A stretch of DNA of 64,000 nucleotides from Macrostomum lignano (lineage: Eukaryota): NCBI GenBank assembly GCA_002269645.1, contig NIVC01000581.1:434001-498000 (forward strand), given 5' to 3'. Position numbers and translations under genes: made by a program. A model generated the notes under the pieces. It was not told the origin of the DNA and searched no databases. It worked only from the letters and a program-made list of their open reading frames with translations. The number at the start of each line of letters is the position of its first letter. Position 1 is the first letter of the stretch. Positions 1-15,000 of this stretch are shown here, piece by piece.

Positions 1-3000
1 GATTCTCAGGGAGGATCAGGAGTGATTCTCAGGGAGGATCAGGAGTGATTCACAGGGAGGATCAGGAGTGATTCTCAGGGAGGATCAGGAGTGATTCTCA
101 GGGAGGATCAGGAGTGATTCTCAGGGAGGATCAGGAGTGATTCTCAGGGAGGATCAGGAGTGATTCTCAGGGAGGATCAGGAGTGATTCTCAGGGAGGAT
201 CAGGAGTGATTCTCAGGGAGGATCAGGAGTGATTCTCAGGGAGGATCAGGAGTGATTCTCAGGGAGGATCAGGAGTGATTGTCAGGGAGGATCAGGAGTG
301 ATTCTCAGGGAGGATCAGGAGTGATTCTCAGGGAGGATCAGGAGTGATTCTCAGGGAGGATCAGGAGTGATTGTCAGGGAGGATCAGGAGTGATTCTCAG
401 GGAGGATCAGGAGTGATTCTCAGGGAGGATCAGGAGTGATTCTCAGGGAGGATCAGGAGTGATTCTCAGGGAGGATCAGGAGTGATTCTCAGGGAGGATC
501 AGGAGTGATTCTCAGGGAGGATCAGGAGTGATTGTCAGGGAGGATCAGGAGTGATTCAGGGAGGATCAGGAGTGATTCTCAGGGAGGATCAGGAGTGATT
601 CTCAGGGAGGATCAGGAGTGATTCTCAGGGAGGATCAGGAGTGATTCTCAGGGAGGATCAGGAGTGATTCTCAGGGAGGATCAGGAGTGATTCTCAGGGA
701 GGATCAGGAGTGATTCTCAGGGAGGATCAGGAGTGATTGTCAGGGAGGATCAGGAGTGATTCTCAGGGAGGATCAGGAGTGATTCTCAGGGAGGATCAGG
801 AGTGATTGTCAGGGAGGATCAGGAGTGATTCTCAGGGAGGATCAGGAGTGATTCTCAGGGAGGATCAGGAGTGATTCTCAGGGAGGATCAGGGAGGATCA
901 GGAGTGATTGTCAGGGAGGATCAGGAGTGATTCTCAGGGAGGATCAGGAGTGATTCTCAGGGAGGATAGGAGGATCAGGAGTGATTGTCAGGGAGGATCA
1001 GGAGTGATTCTCAGGGAGGATCAGGAGTGATTCTCAGGGAGGATAGGGAGGATCAGGAGTGATTCTCAGGGAGGATCAGGAGTGATTCTCAGGGAGGATC
1101 AGGAGTGATTCTCAGGGAGGATCAGGAGTGATTCTCAGGGAGGATCAGGAGTGATTCTCAGGGAGGATCAGGAGTGATTCTCAGGGAGGATCAGGAGTGA
1201 TTCTCAGGGAGGATCAGGAGTGATTCTCAGGGAGGATCAGGAGTGATTCTCAGGGAGGATCAGGAGTGATTCTCAGGGAGGATCAGGAGTGATTCTCAGG
1301 GAGGATCAGGAGTGATTCTCAGGGAGGATCAGGAGTGATTCTCAGGGAGGATCAGGAGTGATTCTCAGGGAGGATCAGGAGTGATTCTCAGGGAGGATCA
1401 GGAGTGATTGTCAGGGAGGATCAGGAGTGATTCTCAGGGAGGATCAGGAGTGATTCTCAGGGAGGATCAGGAGTGATTCTCAGGGAGGATCAGGAGTGAT
1501 TCTCAGGGAGGATCAGGAGTGATTCTCAGGGAGGATCAGGAGTGATTCTCAGGGAGGATCAGGAGTGATTCTCAGGGAGGATCAGGAGTGATTCTCAGGG
1601 AGGATCAGGAGTGATTGTCAGGGAGGATCAGGAGTGATTCTCAGGGAGGATCAGGAGTGATTCTCAGGGAGGATCAGGAGTGATTGTCAGGGAGGATCAG
1701 GAGTGATTCTCAGGGAGGATCAGGAGTGATTCTCAGGGAGGATCAGGAGTGATTCTCAGGGAGGATCAGGAGTGATTGTCAGGGAGGATCAGGAGTGATT
1801 CTCAGGGAGGATCAGGAGTGATTCTCAGGGAGGATCAGGAGTGATTCTCAGGGAGGATCAGGAGTGATTCTCAGGGAGGATCAGGAGTGATTGTCAGGGA
1901 GGATCAGGAGTGATTCTCAGGGAGGATCAGGAGTGATTGTCAGGGAGGATCAGGAGTGATTCTCAGGGAGGATCAGGAGTGATTCTCAGGGAGGATCAGG
2001 AGTGATTCTCAGGGAGGATCAGGAGTGATTCTCAGGGAGGATCAGGAGTGATTCTCAGGGAGGATCAGGAGTGATTCTCAGGGAGGATCAGGAGTGATTC
2101 TCAGGGAGGATCAGGAGTGATTCTCAGGGAGGATCAGGAGTGATTCTCAGGGAGGATCAGGAGTGATTCTCAGGGAGGATCAGGAGTGATTCTCAGGGAG
2201 GATCAGGAGTGATTCTCAGGGAGGATCAGGAGTGATTGTCAGGGAGGATCAGGAGTGATTCTCAGGGAGGATCAGGAGTGATTCTCAGGGAGGATCAGGA
2301 GTGATTCTCAGGGAGGATCAGGAGTGATTCTCAGGGAGGATCAGGAGTGATTCTCAGGGAGGATCAGGAGTGATTCTCAGGGAGGATCAGGAGTGATTCT
2401 CAGGGAGGATCAGGAGTGATTCTCAGGGAGGATCAGGAGTGATTCTCAGGGAGGATCAGGAGTGATTCTCAGGGAGGATCAGGAGTGATTCTCAGGGAGG
2501 ATCAGGAGTGATTCTCAGGGAGGATCAGGAGTGATTCTCAGGGAGGATCAGGAGTGATTGTCAGGGAGGATCAGGAGTGATTCTCAGGGAGGATCAGGAG
2601 TGATTCTCAGGGAGGATCAGGAGTGATTGTCAGGGAGGATCAGGAGTGATTCTCAGGGAGGATCAGGAGTGATTCTCAGGGAGGATCAGGAGTGATTCTC
2701 AGGGAGGATCAGGAGTGATTCTCAGGGAGGATCAGGAGTGATTCTCAGGGAGGATCAGGAGTGATTCTCAGGGAGGATCAGGAGTGATTCTCAGGGAGGA
2801 TCAGGAGTGATTGTCAGGGAGGATCAGGAGTGATTCTCAGGGAGGATCAGGAGTGATTCTCAGGGAGGATCAGGAGTGATTCTCAGGGAGGATCAGGAGT
2901 GATTCTCAGGGAGGATCAGGAGTGATTGTCAGGGAGGATCAGGAGTGATTCTCAGGGAGGATCAGGAGTGATTCTCAGGGAGGATCAGGAGTGATTCTCA

Positions 3001-6000
3001 GGGAGGATCAGGAGTGATTGTCAGGGAGGATCAGGAGTGATTGTCAGGGAGGATCAGGAGTGATTCTCAGGGAGGATCAGGAGTGATTCTCAGGGAGGAT
3101 CAGGAGTGATTCTCAGGGAGGATCAGGAGTGATTCTCAGGGAGGATCAGGAGTGATTCTCAGGGAGGATCAGGAGTGATTCTCAGGGAGGATCAGGAGTG
3201 ATTCTCAGGGAGGATCAGGAGTGATTGTCAGGGAGGATCAGGAGTGATTCTCAGGGAGGATCAGGAGTGATTCTCAGGGAGGATCAGGAGTGATTCTCAG
3301 GGAGGATCAGGAGTGATTCTCAGGGAGGATCAGGAGTGATTCTCAGGGAGGATCAGGAGTGATTGTCAGGGAGGATCAGGAGTGATTCTCAGGGAGGATC
3401 AGGAGTGATTCTCAGGGAGGATAGGGAGGATCAGGAGTGATTCTCAGGGAGGATCAGGAGTGATTCTCAGGGAGGATCAGGAGTGATTCTCAGGGAGGAT
3501 CAGGAGTGATTCTCAGGGAGGATCAGGAGTGATTCTCAGGGAGGATCAGGAGTGATTCTCAGGGAGGATCAGGAGTGATTCTCAGGGAGGATCAGGAGTG
3601 ATTCTCAGGGAGGATCAGGAGTGATTCTCAGGGAGGATCAGGAGTGATTCTCAGGGAGGATCAGGAGTGATTGTCAGGGAGGATCAGGAGTGATTCTCAG
3701 GGAGGATCAGGAGTGATTGTCAGGGAGGATCAGGAGTGATTCTCAGGGAGGATCAGGAGTGATTCTCAGGGAGGATCAGGAGTGATTCTCAGGGAGGATC
3801 AGGAGTGATTCTCAGGGAGGATCAGGAGTGATTCTCAGGGAGGATCAGGAGTGATTCTCAGGGAGGATCAGGAGTGATTGTCAGGGAGGATCAGGAGTGA
3901 TTCTCAGGGAGGATCAGGAGTGATTCTCAGGGAGGATCAGGAGTGATTCAGGGAGGATCAGGAGTGATTCTCAGGGAGGATCAGGATTGTGATCAGGAGG
4001 ATTCTCAGGGAGGATCAGGAGTGATTCTCAGGGAGGATCAGGAGTGATTGTCAGGGAGGATCAGGAGTGATTCTCAGGGAGGATCAGGAGTGATTGTCAG
4101 GGAGGATCAGGAGTGATTGTCAGGGAGGATCAGGAGTGATTCTCAGGGAGGATCAGGAGTGATTCTAGGGAGGATCAGGAGTGATTGTCAGGGAGGATCA
4201 GGAGTGATTCTCAGGGAGGATCAGGAGTGATTCTCAGGGAGGATAGGAGGATCAGGAGTGATTGTCAGGGAGGATCAGGAGTGATTCTCAGGGAGGATCA
4301 GGAGTGATTCTCAGGGAGGATAGGGAGGATCAGGAGTGATTGTCAGGGAGGATCAGGAGTGATTCTCAGGGAGGATCAGGAGTGATTCTCAGGGAGGATA
4401 GGGAGGATCAGGAGTGATTGTCAGGGAGGATCAGGAGTGATTCTCAGGGAGGATCAGGAGTGATTCTCAGGGAGGATAGGAGGATCAGGAGTGATTCTCA
4501 GGGAGGATCAGGAGTGATTCTCAGGGAGGATCAGGAGTGATTCTCAGGGAGGATCAGGAGTGATTCTCAGGGAGGATCAGGAGTGATTCTCAGGGAGGAT
4601 CAGGAGTGATTCTCAGGGAGGATCAGGAGTGATTCTCAGGGAGGATCAGGAGTGATTGTCAGGGAGGATCAGGAGTGATTCTCAGGGAGGATCAGGAGTG
4701 ATTCTCAGGGAGGATCAGGAGTGATTGTCAGGGAGGATCAGGAGTGATTCTCAGGGAGGATCAGGAGTGATTCTCAGGGAGGATCAGGAGTGATTCTCAG
4801 GGAGGATCAGGAGTGATTCTCAGGGAGGATCAGGAGTGATTCTCAGGGAGGATCAGGAGTGATTCTCAGGGAGGATCAGGAGTGATTCTCAGGGAGGATC
4901 AGGAGTGATTCTCAGGGAGGATCAGGAGTGATTGTCAGGGAGGATCAGGAGTGATTCTCAGGGAGGATCAGGAGTGATTCTCAGGGAGGATCAGGAGTGA
5001 TTGTCAGGGAGGATCAGGAGTGATTCTCAGGGAGGATCAGGAGTGATTCTCAGGGAGGATCAGGAGTGATTCTCAGGGAGGATCAGGAGTGATTCTCAGG
5101 GAGGATCAGGAGTGATTCAGGGAGGATCAGGAGTGATTCTCAGGGAGGATCAGGAGTGATTCTCAGGGAGGATCAGGAGTGATTGTCAGGGAGGATCAGG
5201 AGTGATTGTCAGGGAGGATCAGGAGTGATTCTCAGGGAGGATCAGGAGTGATTCTCAGGGAGGATCAGGAGTGATTGTCAGGGAGGATCAGGAGTGATTC
5301 TCAGGGAGGATCAGGAGTGATTCTCAGGGAGGATCAGGAGTGATTCTCAGGGAGGATCAGGAGTGATTCTCAGGGAGGATCAGGAGTGATTCTCAGGGAG
5401 GATCAGGAGTGATTCTCAGGGAGGATAGGGAGGATCAGGAGTGATTCTCAGGGAGGATCAGGAGTGATTCTCAGGGAGGATCAGGAGTGATTCTCAGGGA
5501 GGATCAGGAGTGATTCTCAGGGAGGATCAGGAGTGATTCTCAGGGAGGATCAGGAGTGATTCTCAGGGAGGATCAGGAGTGATTCTCAGGGAGGATCAGG
5601 AGTGATTCTCAGGGAGGATCAGGAGTGATTCTCAGGGAGGATCAGGAGTGATTCTCAGGGAGGATCAGGAGTGATTGTCAGGGAGGATCAGGAGTGATTC
5701 TCAGGGAGGATCAGGAGTGATTCTCAGGGAGGATCAGGAGTGATTGTCAGGGAGGATCAGGAGTGATTCTCAGGGAGGATCAGGAGTGATTCTCAGGGAG
5801 GATCAGGAGTGATTCTCAGGGAGGATCAGGAGTGATTGTCAGGGAGGATCAGGAGTGATTCTCAGGGAGGATCAGGAGTGATTCTCAGGGAGGATCAGGA
5901 GTGATTCTCAGGGAGGATCAGGAGTGATTCTCAGGGAGGATCAGGAGTGATTGTCAGGGAGGATCAGGAGTGATTCTCAGGGAGGATCAGGAGTGATTGT

Positions 6001-9000
6001 CAGGGAGGATCAGGAGTGATTGTCAGGGAGGATCAGGAGTGATTCTCAGGGAGGATCAGGAGTGATTGTCAGGGAGGATCAGGAGTGATTCTCAGGGAGG
6101 ATCAGGAGTGATTCTCAGGGAGGATCAGGAGTGATTGTCAGGGAGGATCAGGAGTGATTCTCAGGGAGGATCAGGAGTGATTCTCAGGGAGGATCAGGAG
6201 TGATTGTCAGGGAGGATCAGGAGTGATTCTCAGGGAGGATCAGGAGTGATTCTCAGGGAGGATCAGGAGTGATTCTCAGGGAGGATCAGGAGTGATTCTC
6301 AGGGAGGATCAGGAGTGATTCTCAGGGAGGATCAGGAGTGATTGTCAGGGAGGATCAGGAGTGATTCTCAGGGAGGATCAGGAGTGATTCTCAGGGAGGA
6401 TAGGAGGATCAGGAGTGATTGTCAGGGAGGATCAGGAGTGATTCTCAGGGAGGATCAGGAGTGATTCTCAGGGAGGATCAGGAGTGATTCTCAGGGAGGA
6501 TCAGGAGTGATTCTCAGGGAGGATCAGGAGTGATTCTCAGGGAGGATCAGGAGTGATTCAGGGAGGATCAGGAGTGATTCTCAGGGAGGATCAGGAGTGA
6601 TTCTCAGGGAGGATCAGGAGTGATTCTCAGGGAGGATCAGGAGTGATTCTCAGGGAGGATCAGGAGTGATTCTCAGGGAGGATCAGGAGTGATTCTCAGG
6701 GAGGATCAGGAGTGATTCTCAGGGAGGATCAGGAGTGATTCTCAGGGAGGATCAGGAGTGATTCTCAGGGAGGATCAGGAGTGATTCTCAGGGAGGATCA
6801 GGAGTGATTCTCAGGGAGGATCAGGAGTGATTCTCAGGGAGGATCAGGAGTGATTCTCAGGGAGGATCAGGAGTGATTCTCAGGGAGGATCAGGAGTGAT
6901 TCTCAGGGAGGATCAGGAGTGATTGTCAGGGAGGATCAGGAGTGATTCTCAGGGAGGATCAGGAGTGATTCTCAGGGAGGATCAGGAGTGATTCTCAGGG
7001 AGGATCAGGAGTGATTCTCAGGGAGGATCAGGAGTGATTGTCAGGGAGGATCAGGAGTGATTCTCAGGGAGGATCAGGAGTGATTCTCAGGGAGGATCAG
7101 GAGTGATTCTCAGGGAGGATCAGGAGTGATTCTCAGGGAGGATCAGGAGTGATTCTCAGGGAGGATCAGGAGTGATTCTCAGGGAGGATCAGGAGTGATT
7201 CTCAGGGAGGATCAGGAGTGATTCTCAGGGAGGATCAGGAGTGATTCTCAGGGAGGATCAGGAGTGATTCAGGGAGGATCAGGAGTGATTCTCAGGGAGG
7301 ATCAGGAGTGATTCTCAGGGAGGATCAGGAGTGATTGTCAGGGAGGATCAGGAGTGATTCTCAGGGAGGATCAGGAGTGATTCTCAGGGAGGATCAGGAG
7401 TGATTCTCAGGGAGGATCAGGAGTGATTCTCAGGGAGGATCAGGAGTGATTCTCAGGGAGGATCAGGAGTGATTCTCAGGGAGGATCAGGAGTGATTCTC
7501 AGGGAGGATCAGGAGTGATTCTCAGGGAGGATCAGGAGTGATTCTCAGGGAGGATCAGGAGTGATTCTCAGGGAGGATCAGGAGTGATTCTCAGGGAGGA
7601 TCAGGAGTGATTCTCAGGGAGGATCAGGAGTGATTCTCAGGGAGGATCAGGAGTGATTCTCAGGGAGGATCAGGAGTGATTCTCAGGGAGGATCAGGAGT
7701 GATTCTCAGGGAGGATCAGGAGTGATTCTCAGGGAGGATCAGGAGTGATTCTCAGGGAGGATCAGGAGTGATTCTCAGGGAGGATCAGGAGTGATTGTCA
7801 GGGAGGATCAGGAGTGATTCTCAGGGAGGATCAGGAGTGATTCTCAGGGAGGATCAGGAGTGATTGTCAGGGAGGATCAGGAGTGATTCTCAGGGAGGAT
7901 CAGGAGTGATTCTCAGGGAGGATCAGGAGTGATTGTCAGGGAGGATCAGGAGTGATTCTCAGGGAGGATCAGGAGTGATTGTCAGGGAGGATCAGGAGTG
8001 ATTCTCAGGGAGGATCAGGAGTGATTCTCAGGGAGGATCAGGAGTGATTCTCAGGGAGGATCAGGAGTGATTGTCAGGGAGGATCAGGAGTGATTCTCAG
8101 GGAGGATCAGGAGTGATTCTCAGGGAGGATCAGGAGTGATTCAGGGAGGATCAGGAGTGATTGTCAGGGAGGATCAGGAGTGATTGTCAGGGAGGATCAG
8201 GAGTGATTCTCAGGGAGGATCAGGAGTGATTCTCAGGGAGGATCAGGAGTGATTCTCAGGGAGGATCAGGAGTGATTCTCAGGGAGGATCAGGAGTGATT
8301 CTCAGGGAGGATCAGGAGTGATTCTCAGGGAGGATCAGGAGTGATTCTCAGGGAGGATCAGGAGTGATTCTCAGGGAGGATCAGGAGTGATTCTCAGGGA
8401 GGATCAGGAGTGATTCTCAGGGAGGATCAGGAGTGATTCTCAGGGAGGATCAGGAGTGATTCTCAGGGAGGATCAGGAGTGATTCTCAGGGAGGATCAGG
8501 AGTGATTCTCAGGGAGGATCAGGAGTGATTGTCAGGGAGGATCAGGAGTGATTCTCAGGGAGGATCAGGAGTGATTCTCAGGGAGGATCAGGAGTGATTC
8601 TCAGGGAGGATCAGGAGTGATTCTCAGGGAGGATCAGGAGTGATTGTCAGGGAGGATCAGGAGTGATTCTCAGGGAGGATCAGGAGTGATTGTCAGGGAG
8701 GATCAGGAGTGATTCTCAGGGAGGATCAGGAGTGATTCTCAGGGAGGATCAGGAGTGATTCTCAGGGAGGATCAGGAGTGATTCTCAGGGAGGATCAGGA
8801 GTGATTCTCAGGGAGGATCAGGAGTGATTCTCAGGGAGGATCAGGAGTGATTCTCAGGGAGGATCAGGAGTGATTCTCAGGGAGGATCAGGAGTGATTCT
8901 CAGGGAGGATCAGGAGTGATTCTCAGGGAGGATCAGGAGTGATTCTCAGGGAGGATCAGGAGTGATTGTCAGGGAGGATCAGGAGTGATTCTCAGGGAGG

Positions 9001-12000
9001 ATCAGGAGTGATTGTCAGGGAGGATCAGGAGTGATTCTCAGGGAGGATCAGGAGTGATTCTCAGGGAGGATCAGGAGTGATTGTCAGGGAGGATCAGGAG
9101 TGATTCTCAGGGAGGATCAGGAGTGATTCTCAGGGAGGATCAGGAGTGATTCTCAGGGAGGATCAGGAGTGATTCTCAGGGAGGATCAGGAGTGATTCTC
9201 AGGGAGGATCAGGAGTGATTCTCAGGGAGGATAGGAGGATCAGGAGTGATTGTCAGGGAGGATCAGGAGTGATTCTCAGGGAGGATCAGGAGTGATTCTC
9301 AGGGAGGATAGGGAGGATCAGGAGTGATTGTCAGGGAGGATCAGGAGTGATTCTCAGGGAGGATCAGGAGTGATTCTCAGGGAGGATAGGGAGGATCAGG
9401 AGTGATTGTCAGGGAGGATCAGGAGTGATTCTCAGGGAGGATCAGGAGTGATTCTCAGGGAGGATAGGAGGATCAGGAGTGATTCTCAGGGAGGATCAGG
9501 AGTGATTCTCAGGGAGGATCAGGAGTGATTCAGGGAGGATCAGGAGTGATTCTCAGGGAGGATCAGGAGTGATTCTCAGGGAGGATCAGGAGTGATTGTC
9601 AGGGAGGATCAGGAGTGATTCTCAGGGAGGATCAGGAGTGATTGTCAGGGAGGATCAGGAGTGATTCTCAGGGAGGATCAGGAGTGATTCTCAGGGAGGA
9701 TCAGGAGTGATTGTCAGGGAGGATCAGGAGTGATTCTCAGGGAGGATCAGGAGTGATTCTCAGGGAGGATCAGGAGTGATTCTCAGGGAGGATCAGGAGT
9801 GATTCTCAGGGAGGATCAGGAGTGATTCTCAGGGAGGATCAGGAGTGATTCTCAGGGAGGATCAGGAGTGATTCTCAGGGAGGATCAGGAGTGATTCTCA
9901 GGGAGGATCAGGAGTGATTGTCAGGGAGGATCAGGAGTGATTCTCAGGGAGGATCAGGAGTGATTGTCAGGGAGGATCAGGAGTGATTCTCAGGGAGGAT
10001 CAGGAGTGATTCTCAGGGAGGATCAGGAGTGATTGTCAGGGAGGATCAGGAGTGATTCTCAGGGAGGATCAGGAGTGATTCTCAGGGAGGATCAGGAGTG
10101 ATTCTCAGGGAGGATCAGGAGTGATTGTCAGGGAGGATCAGGAGTGATTCTCAGGGAGGATCAGGAGTGATTCTCAGGGAGGATCAGGAGTGATTCTCAG
10201 GGAGGATCAGGAGTGATTCTCAGGGAGGATCAGGAGTGATTGTCAGGGAGGATCAGGAGTGATTCTCAGGGAGGATCAGGAGTGATTCTCAGGGAGGATC
10301 AGGAGTGATTCTCAGGGAGGATCAGGAGTGATTCTCAGGGAGGATCAGGAGTGATTCTCAGGGAGGATCAGGAGTGATTCTCAGGGAGGATCAGGAGTGA
10401 TTCTCAGGGAGGATCAGGAGTGATTGTCAGGGAGGATCAGGAGTGATTCTCAGGGAGGATCAGGAGTGATTCTCAGGGAGGATCAGGAGTGATTGTCAGG
10501 GAGGATCAGGAGTGATTCTCAGGGAGGATCAGGAGTGATTGTCAGGGAGGATCAGGAGTGATTCTCAGGGAGGATCAGGAGTGATTCTCAGGGAGGATCA
10601 GGAGTGATTCTCAGGGAGGATAGGAGGATCAGGAGTGATTGTCAGGGAGGATCAGGAGTGATTCTCAGGGAGGATCAGGAGTGATTCTCAGGGGAGGAGG
10701 ATCAGGAGTGATTGTCAGGGAGGATCAGGAGTGATTCTCAGGGAGGATCAGGAGTGATTCTCAGGGAGGATCAGGGAGGATCAGGAGTGATTCTCAGGGA
10801 GGATCAGGAGTGATTGTCAGGGAGGATCAGGAGTGATTCTCAGGGAGGATCAGGAGTGATTGTCAGGGAGGATCAGGAGTGATTCAGGGAGGATCAGGAG
10901 TGATTCTCAGGGAGGATCAGGAGTGATTCTCAGGGAGGATCAGGAGTGATTCTCAGGGAGGATCAGGAGTGATTGTCAGGGAGGATCAGGAGTGATTCTC
11001 AGGGAGGATCAGGAGTGATTCTCAGGGAGGATCAGGAGTGATTCTCAGGGAGGATCAGGAGTGATTGTCAGGGAGGATCAGGAGTGATTCTCAGGGAGGA
11101 TCAGGAGTGATTGTCAGGGAGGATCAGGAGTGATTCTCAGGGAGGATCAGGAGTGATTCTCAGGGAGGATCAGGAGTGATTCTCAGGGAGGATAGGAGGA
11201 TCAGGAGTGATTGTCAGGGAGGATCAGGAGTGATTCTCAGGGAGGATCAGGAGTGATTCTCAGGGAGGATAGGGAGGATCAGGAGTGATTGTCAGGGAGG
11301 ATCAGGAGTGATTCTCAGGGAGGATCAGGAGTGATTCTCAGGGAGGATCAGGAGTGATTCTCAGGGAGGATCAGGAGTGATTCTCAGGGAGGATCAGGAG
11401 TGATTCAGGGAGGATCAGGAGTGATTCTCAGGGAGGATCAGGAGTGATTCTCAGGGAGGATCAGGAGTGATTGTCAGGGAGGATCAGGAGTGATTCTCAG
11501 GGAGGATCAGGAGTGATTGTCAGGGAGGATCAGGAGTGATTCTCAGGGAGGATCAGGAGTGATTCTCAGGGAGGATCAGGAGTGATTGTCAGGGAGGATC
11601 AGGAGTGATTGTCAGGGAGGATCAGGAGTGATTGTCAGGGAGGATCAGGAGTGATTCTCAGGGAGGATCAGGAGTGATTGTCAGGGAGGATCAGGAGTGA
11701 TTGTCAGGGAGGATCAGGAGTGATTCTCAGGGAGGATCAGGAGTGATTGTCAGGGAGGATCAGGAGTGATTCTCAGGGAGGATCAGGAGTGATTCTCAGG
11801 GAGGATCAGGAGTGATTGTCAGGGAGGATCAGGAGTGATTCTCAGGGAGGATCAGGAGTGATTGTCAGGGAGGATCAGGAGTGATTCTCAGGGAGGATCA
11901 GGAGTGATTCTCAGGGAGGATCAGGAGTGATTCTCAGGGAGGATCAGGAGTGATTCTCAGGGAGGATCAGGAGTGATTCTCAGGGAGGATCAGGAGTGAT

Positions 12001-15000
12001 TCTCAGGGAGGATCAGGAGTGATTGTCAGGGAGGATCAGGAGTGATTCTCAGGGAGGATCAGGAGTGATTCTCAGGGAGGATAGGAGGATCAGGAGTGAT
12101 TCTCAGGGAGGATCAGGAGTGATTCTCAGGGAGGATCAGGAGTGATTCTCAGGGAGGATCAGGAGTGATTCTCAGGGAGGATCAGGAGTGATTCTCAGGG
12201 AGGATCAGGAGTGATTGTCAGGGAGGATCAGGAGTGATTCTCAGGGAGGATCAGGAGTGATTGTCAGGGAGGATCAGGAGTGATTCTCAGGGAGGATCAG
12301 GAGTGATTCTCAGGGAGGATCAGGAGTGATTGTCAGGGAGGATCAGGAGTGATTCTCAGGGAGGATCAGGAGTGATTGTCAGGGAGGATCAGGAGTGATT
12401 CTCAGGGAGGATCAGGAGTGATTGTCAGGGAGGATCAGGAGTGATTCTCAGGGAGGATCAGGAGTGATTCTCAGGGAGGATCAGGAGTGATTCTCAGGGA
12501 GGATCAGGAGTGATTCTAGGGAGGATCAGGAGTGATTGTCAGGGAGGATCAGGAGTGATTCTCAGGGAGGATCAGGAGTGATTGTCAGGGAGGATCAGGA
12601 GTGATTCTCAGGGAGGATCAGGAGTGATTCTCAGGGAGGATCAGGAGTGATTGTCAGGGAGGATCAGGAGTGATTCTCAGGGAGGATCAGGAGTGATTGT
12701 CAGGGAGGATCAGGAGTGATTGTCAGGGAGGATCAGGAGTGATTCTCAGGGAGGATCAGGAGTGATTCTAGGGAGGATCAGGAGTGATTGTCAGGGAGGA
12801 TCAGGAGTGATTCTCAGGGAGGATCAGGAGTGATTCTAGGGAGGATAGGGAGGATCAGGAGTGATTGTCAGGGAGGATCAGGAGTGATTCTCAGGGAGGA
12901 TCAGGAGTGATTCTCAGGGAGGATAGGGAGGATCAGGAGTGATTGTCAGGGAGGATCAGGAGTGATTCTCAGGGAGGATCAGGAGTGATTCTCAGGGAGG
13001 ATAGGGAGGATCAGGAGTGATTGTCAGGGAGGATCAGGAGTGATTCTCAGGGAGGATCAGGAGTGATTCTCAGGGAGGATAGGAGGATCAGGAGTGATTC
13101 TCAGGGAGGATCAGGAGTGATTCTCAGGGAGGATCAGGAGTGATTCACAGGGAGGATCAGGAGTGATTCTCAGGGAGGATCAGGAGTGATTCTCAGGGAG
13201 GATCAGGAGTGATTGTCAGGGAGGATCAGGAGTGATTCTCAGGGAGGATCAGGAGTGATTGTCAGGGAGGATCAGGAGTGATTCTCAGGGAGGATCAGGA
13301 GTGATTCTCAGGGAGGATCAGGAGTGATTCTCAGGGAGGATCAGGAGTGATTGTCAGGGAGGATCAGGAGTGATTCTCAGGGAGGATCAGGAGTGATTCT
13401 CAGGGAGGATCAGGAGTCAGATGATTCTCAGGGAGGATCAGGAGTGATTCTCAGGGAGGATCAGGAGTGATTCACAGGGAGGATCAGGAGTGATTCTCAG
13501 GGAGGATCAGGAGTGATTCTCAGGGAGGATCAGGAGTGATTGTCAGGGAGGATCAGGAGTGATTCTCAGGGAGGATCAGGAGTGATTGTCAGGGAGGATC
13601 AGGAGTGATTCTCAGGGAGGATCAGGAGTGATTCTCAGGGAGGATCAGGAGTGATTGTCAGGGAGGATCAGGAGTGATTCTCAGGGAGGATCAGGAGTGA
13701 TTGTCAGGGAGGATCAGGAGTGATTCTCAGGGAGGATCAGGAGTGATTGTCAGGGAGGATCAGGAGTGATTCTCAGGGAGGATCAGGAGTGATTCTCAGG
13801 GAGGATCAGGAGTGATTCTCAGGGAGGATCAGGAGTGATTCTCAGGGAGGATCAGGAGTGATTGTCAGGGAGGATCAGGAGTGATTCTCAGGGAGGATCA
13901 GGAGTGATTGTCAGGGAGGATCAGGAGTGATTCAGGGAGGATCAGGAGTGATTCTCAGGGAGGATCAGGAGTGATTCTCAGGGAGGATCAGGAGTGATTC
14001 TCAGGGAGGATCAGGAGTGATTGTCAGGGAGGATCAGGAGTGATTGTCAGGGAGGATCAGGAGTGATTCTCAGGGAGGATCAGGAGTGATTCTCAGGGAG
14101 GATCAGGAGTGATTGTCAGGGAGGATCAGGAGTGATTCTCAGGGAGGATCAGGAGTGATTCAGGGAGGATCAGGAGTGATTCTCAGGGAGGATCAGGAGT
14201 GATTCTCAGGGAGGATCAGGAGTGATTCTCAGGGAGGATAGGGAGGATCAGGAGTGATTGTCAGGGAGGATCAGGAGTGATTCTCAGGGAGGATCAGGAG
14301 TGATTCTCAGGGAGGATAGGGAGGATCAGGAGTGATTGTCAGGGAGGATCAGGAGTGATTCTCAGGGAGGATCAGGAGTGATTCTCAGGGAGGATCAGGA
14401 GTGATTCTCAGGGAGGATCAGGAGTGATTCTCAGGGAGGATCAGGAGTGATTCACAGGGAGGATCAGGAGTGATTCTCAGGGAGGATCAGGAGTGATTCT
14501 CAGGGAGGATCAGGAGTGATTGTCAGGGAGGATCAGGAGTGATTCTCAGGGAGGATCAGGAGTGATTGTCAGGGAGGATCAGGAGTGATTCTCAGGGAGG
14601 ATCAGGAGTGATTCTCAGGGAGGATCAGGAGTGATTGTCAGGGAGGATCAGGAGTGATTCTCAGGGAGGATCAGGAGTGATTCTCAGGGAGGATCAGGAG
14701 TGATTCTCAGGGAGGATCAGGAGTGATTGTCAGGGAGGATCAGGAGTGATTCTCAGGGAGGATCAGGAGTGATTCTCAGGGAGGATCAGGAGTGATTGTC
14801 AGGGAGGATCAGGAGTGATTCTCAGGGAGGATCAGGAGTGATTCTCAGGGAGGATCAGGAGTGATTGTCAGGGAGGATCAGGAGTGATTCTCAGGGAGGA
14901 TCAGGAGTGATTGTCAGGGAGGATCAGGAGTGATTCTCAGGGAGGATCAGGAGTGATTCTCAGGGAGGATCAGGAGTGATTCTCAGGGAGGATCAGGAGT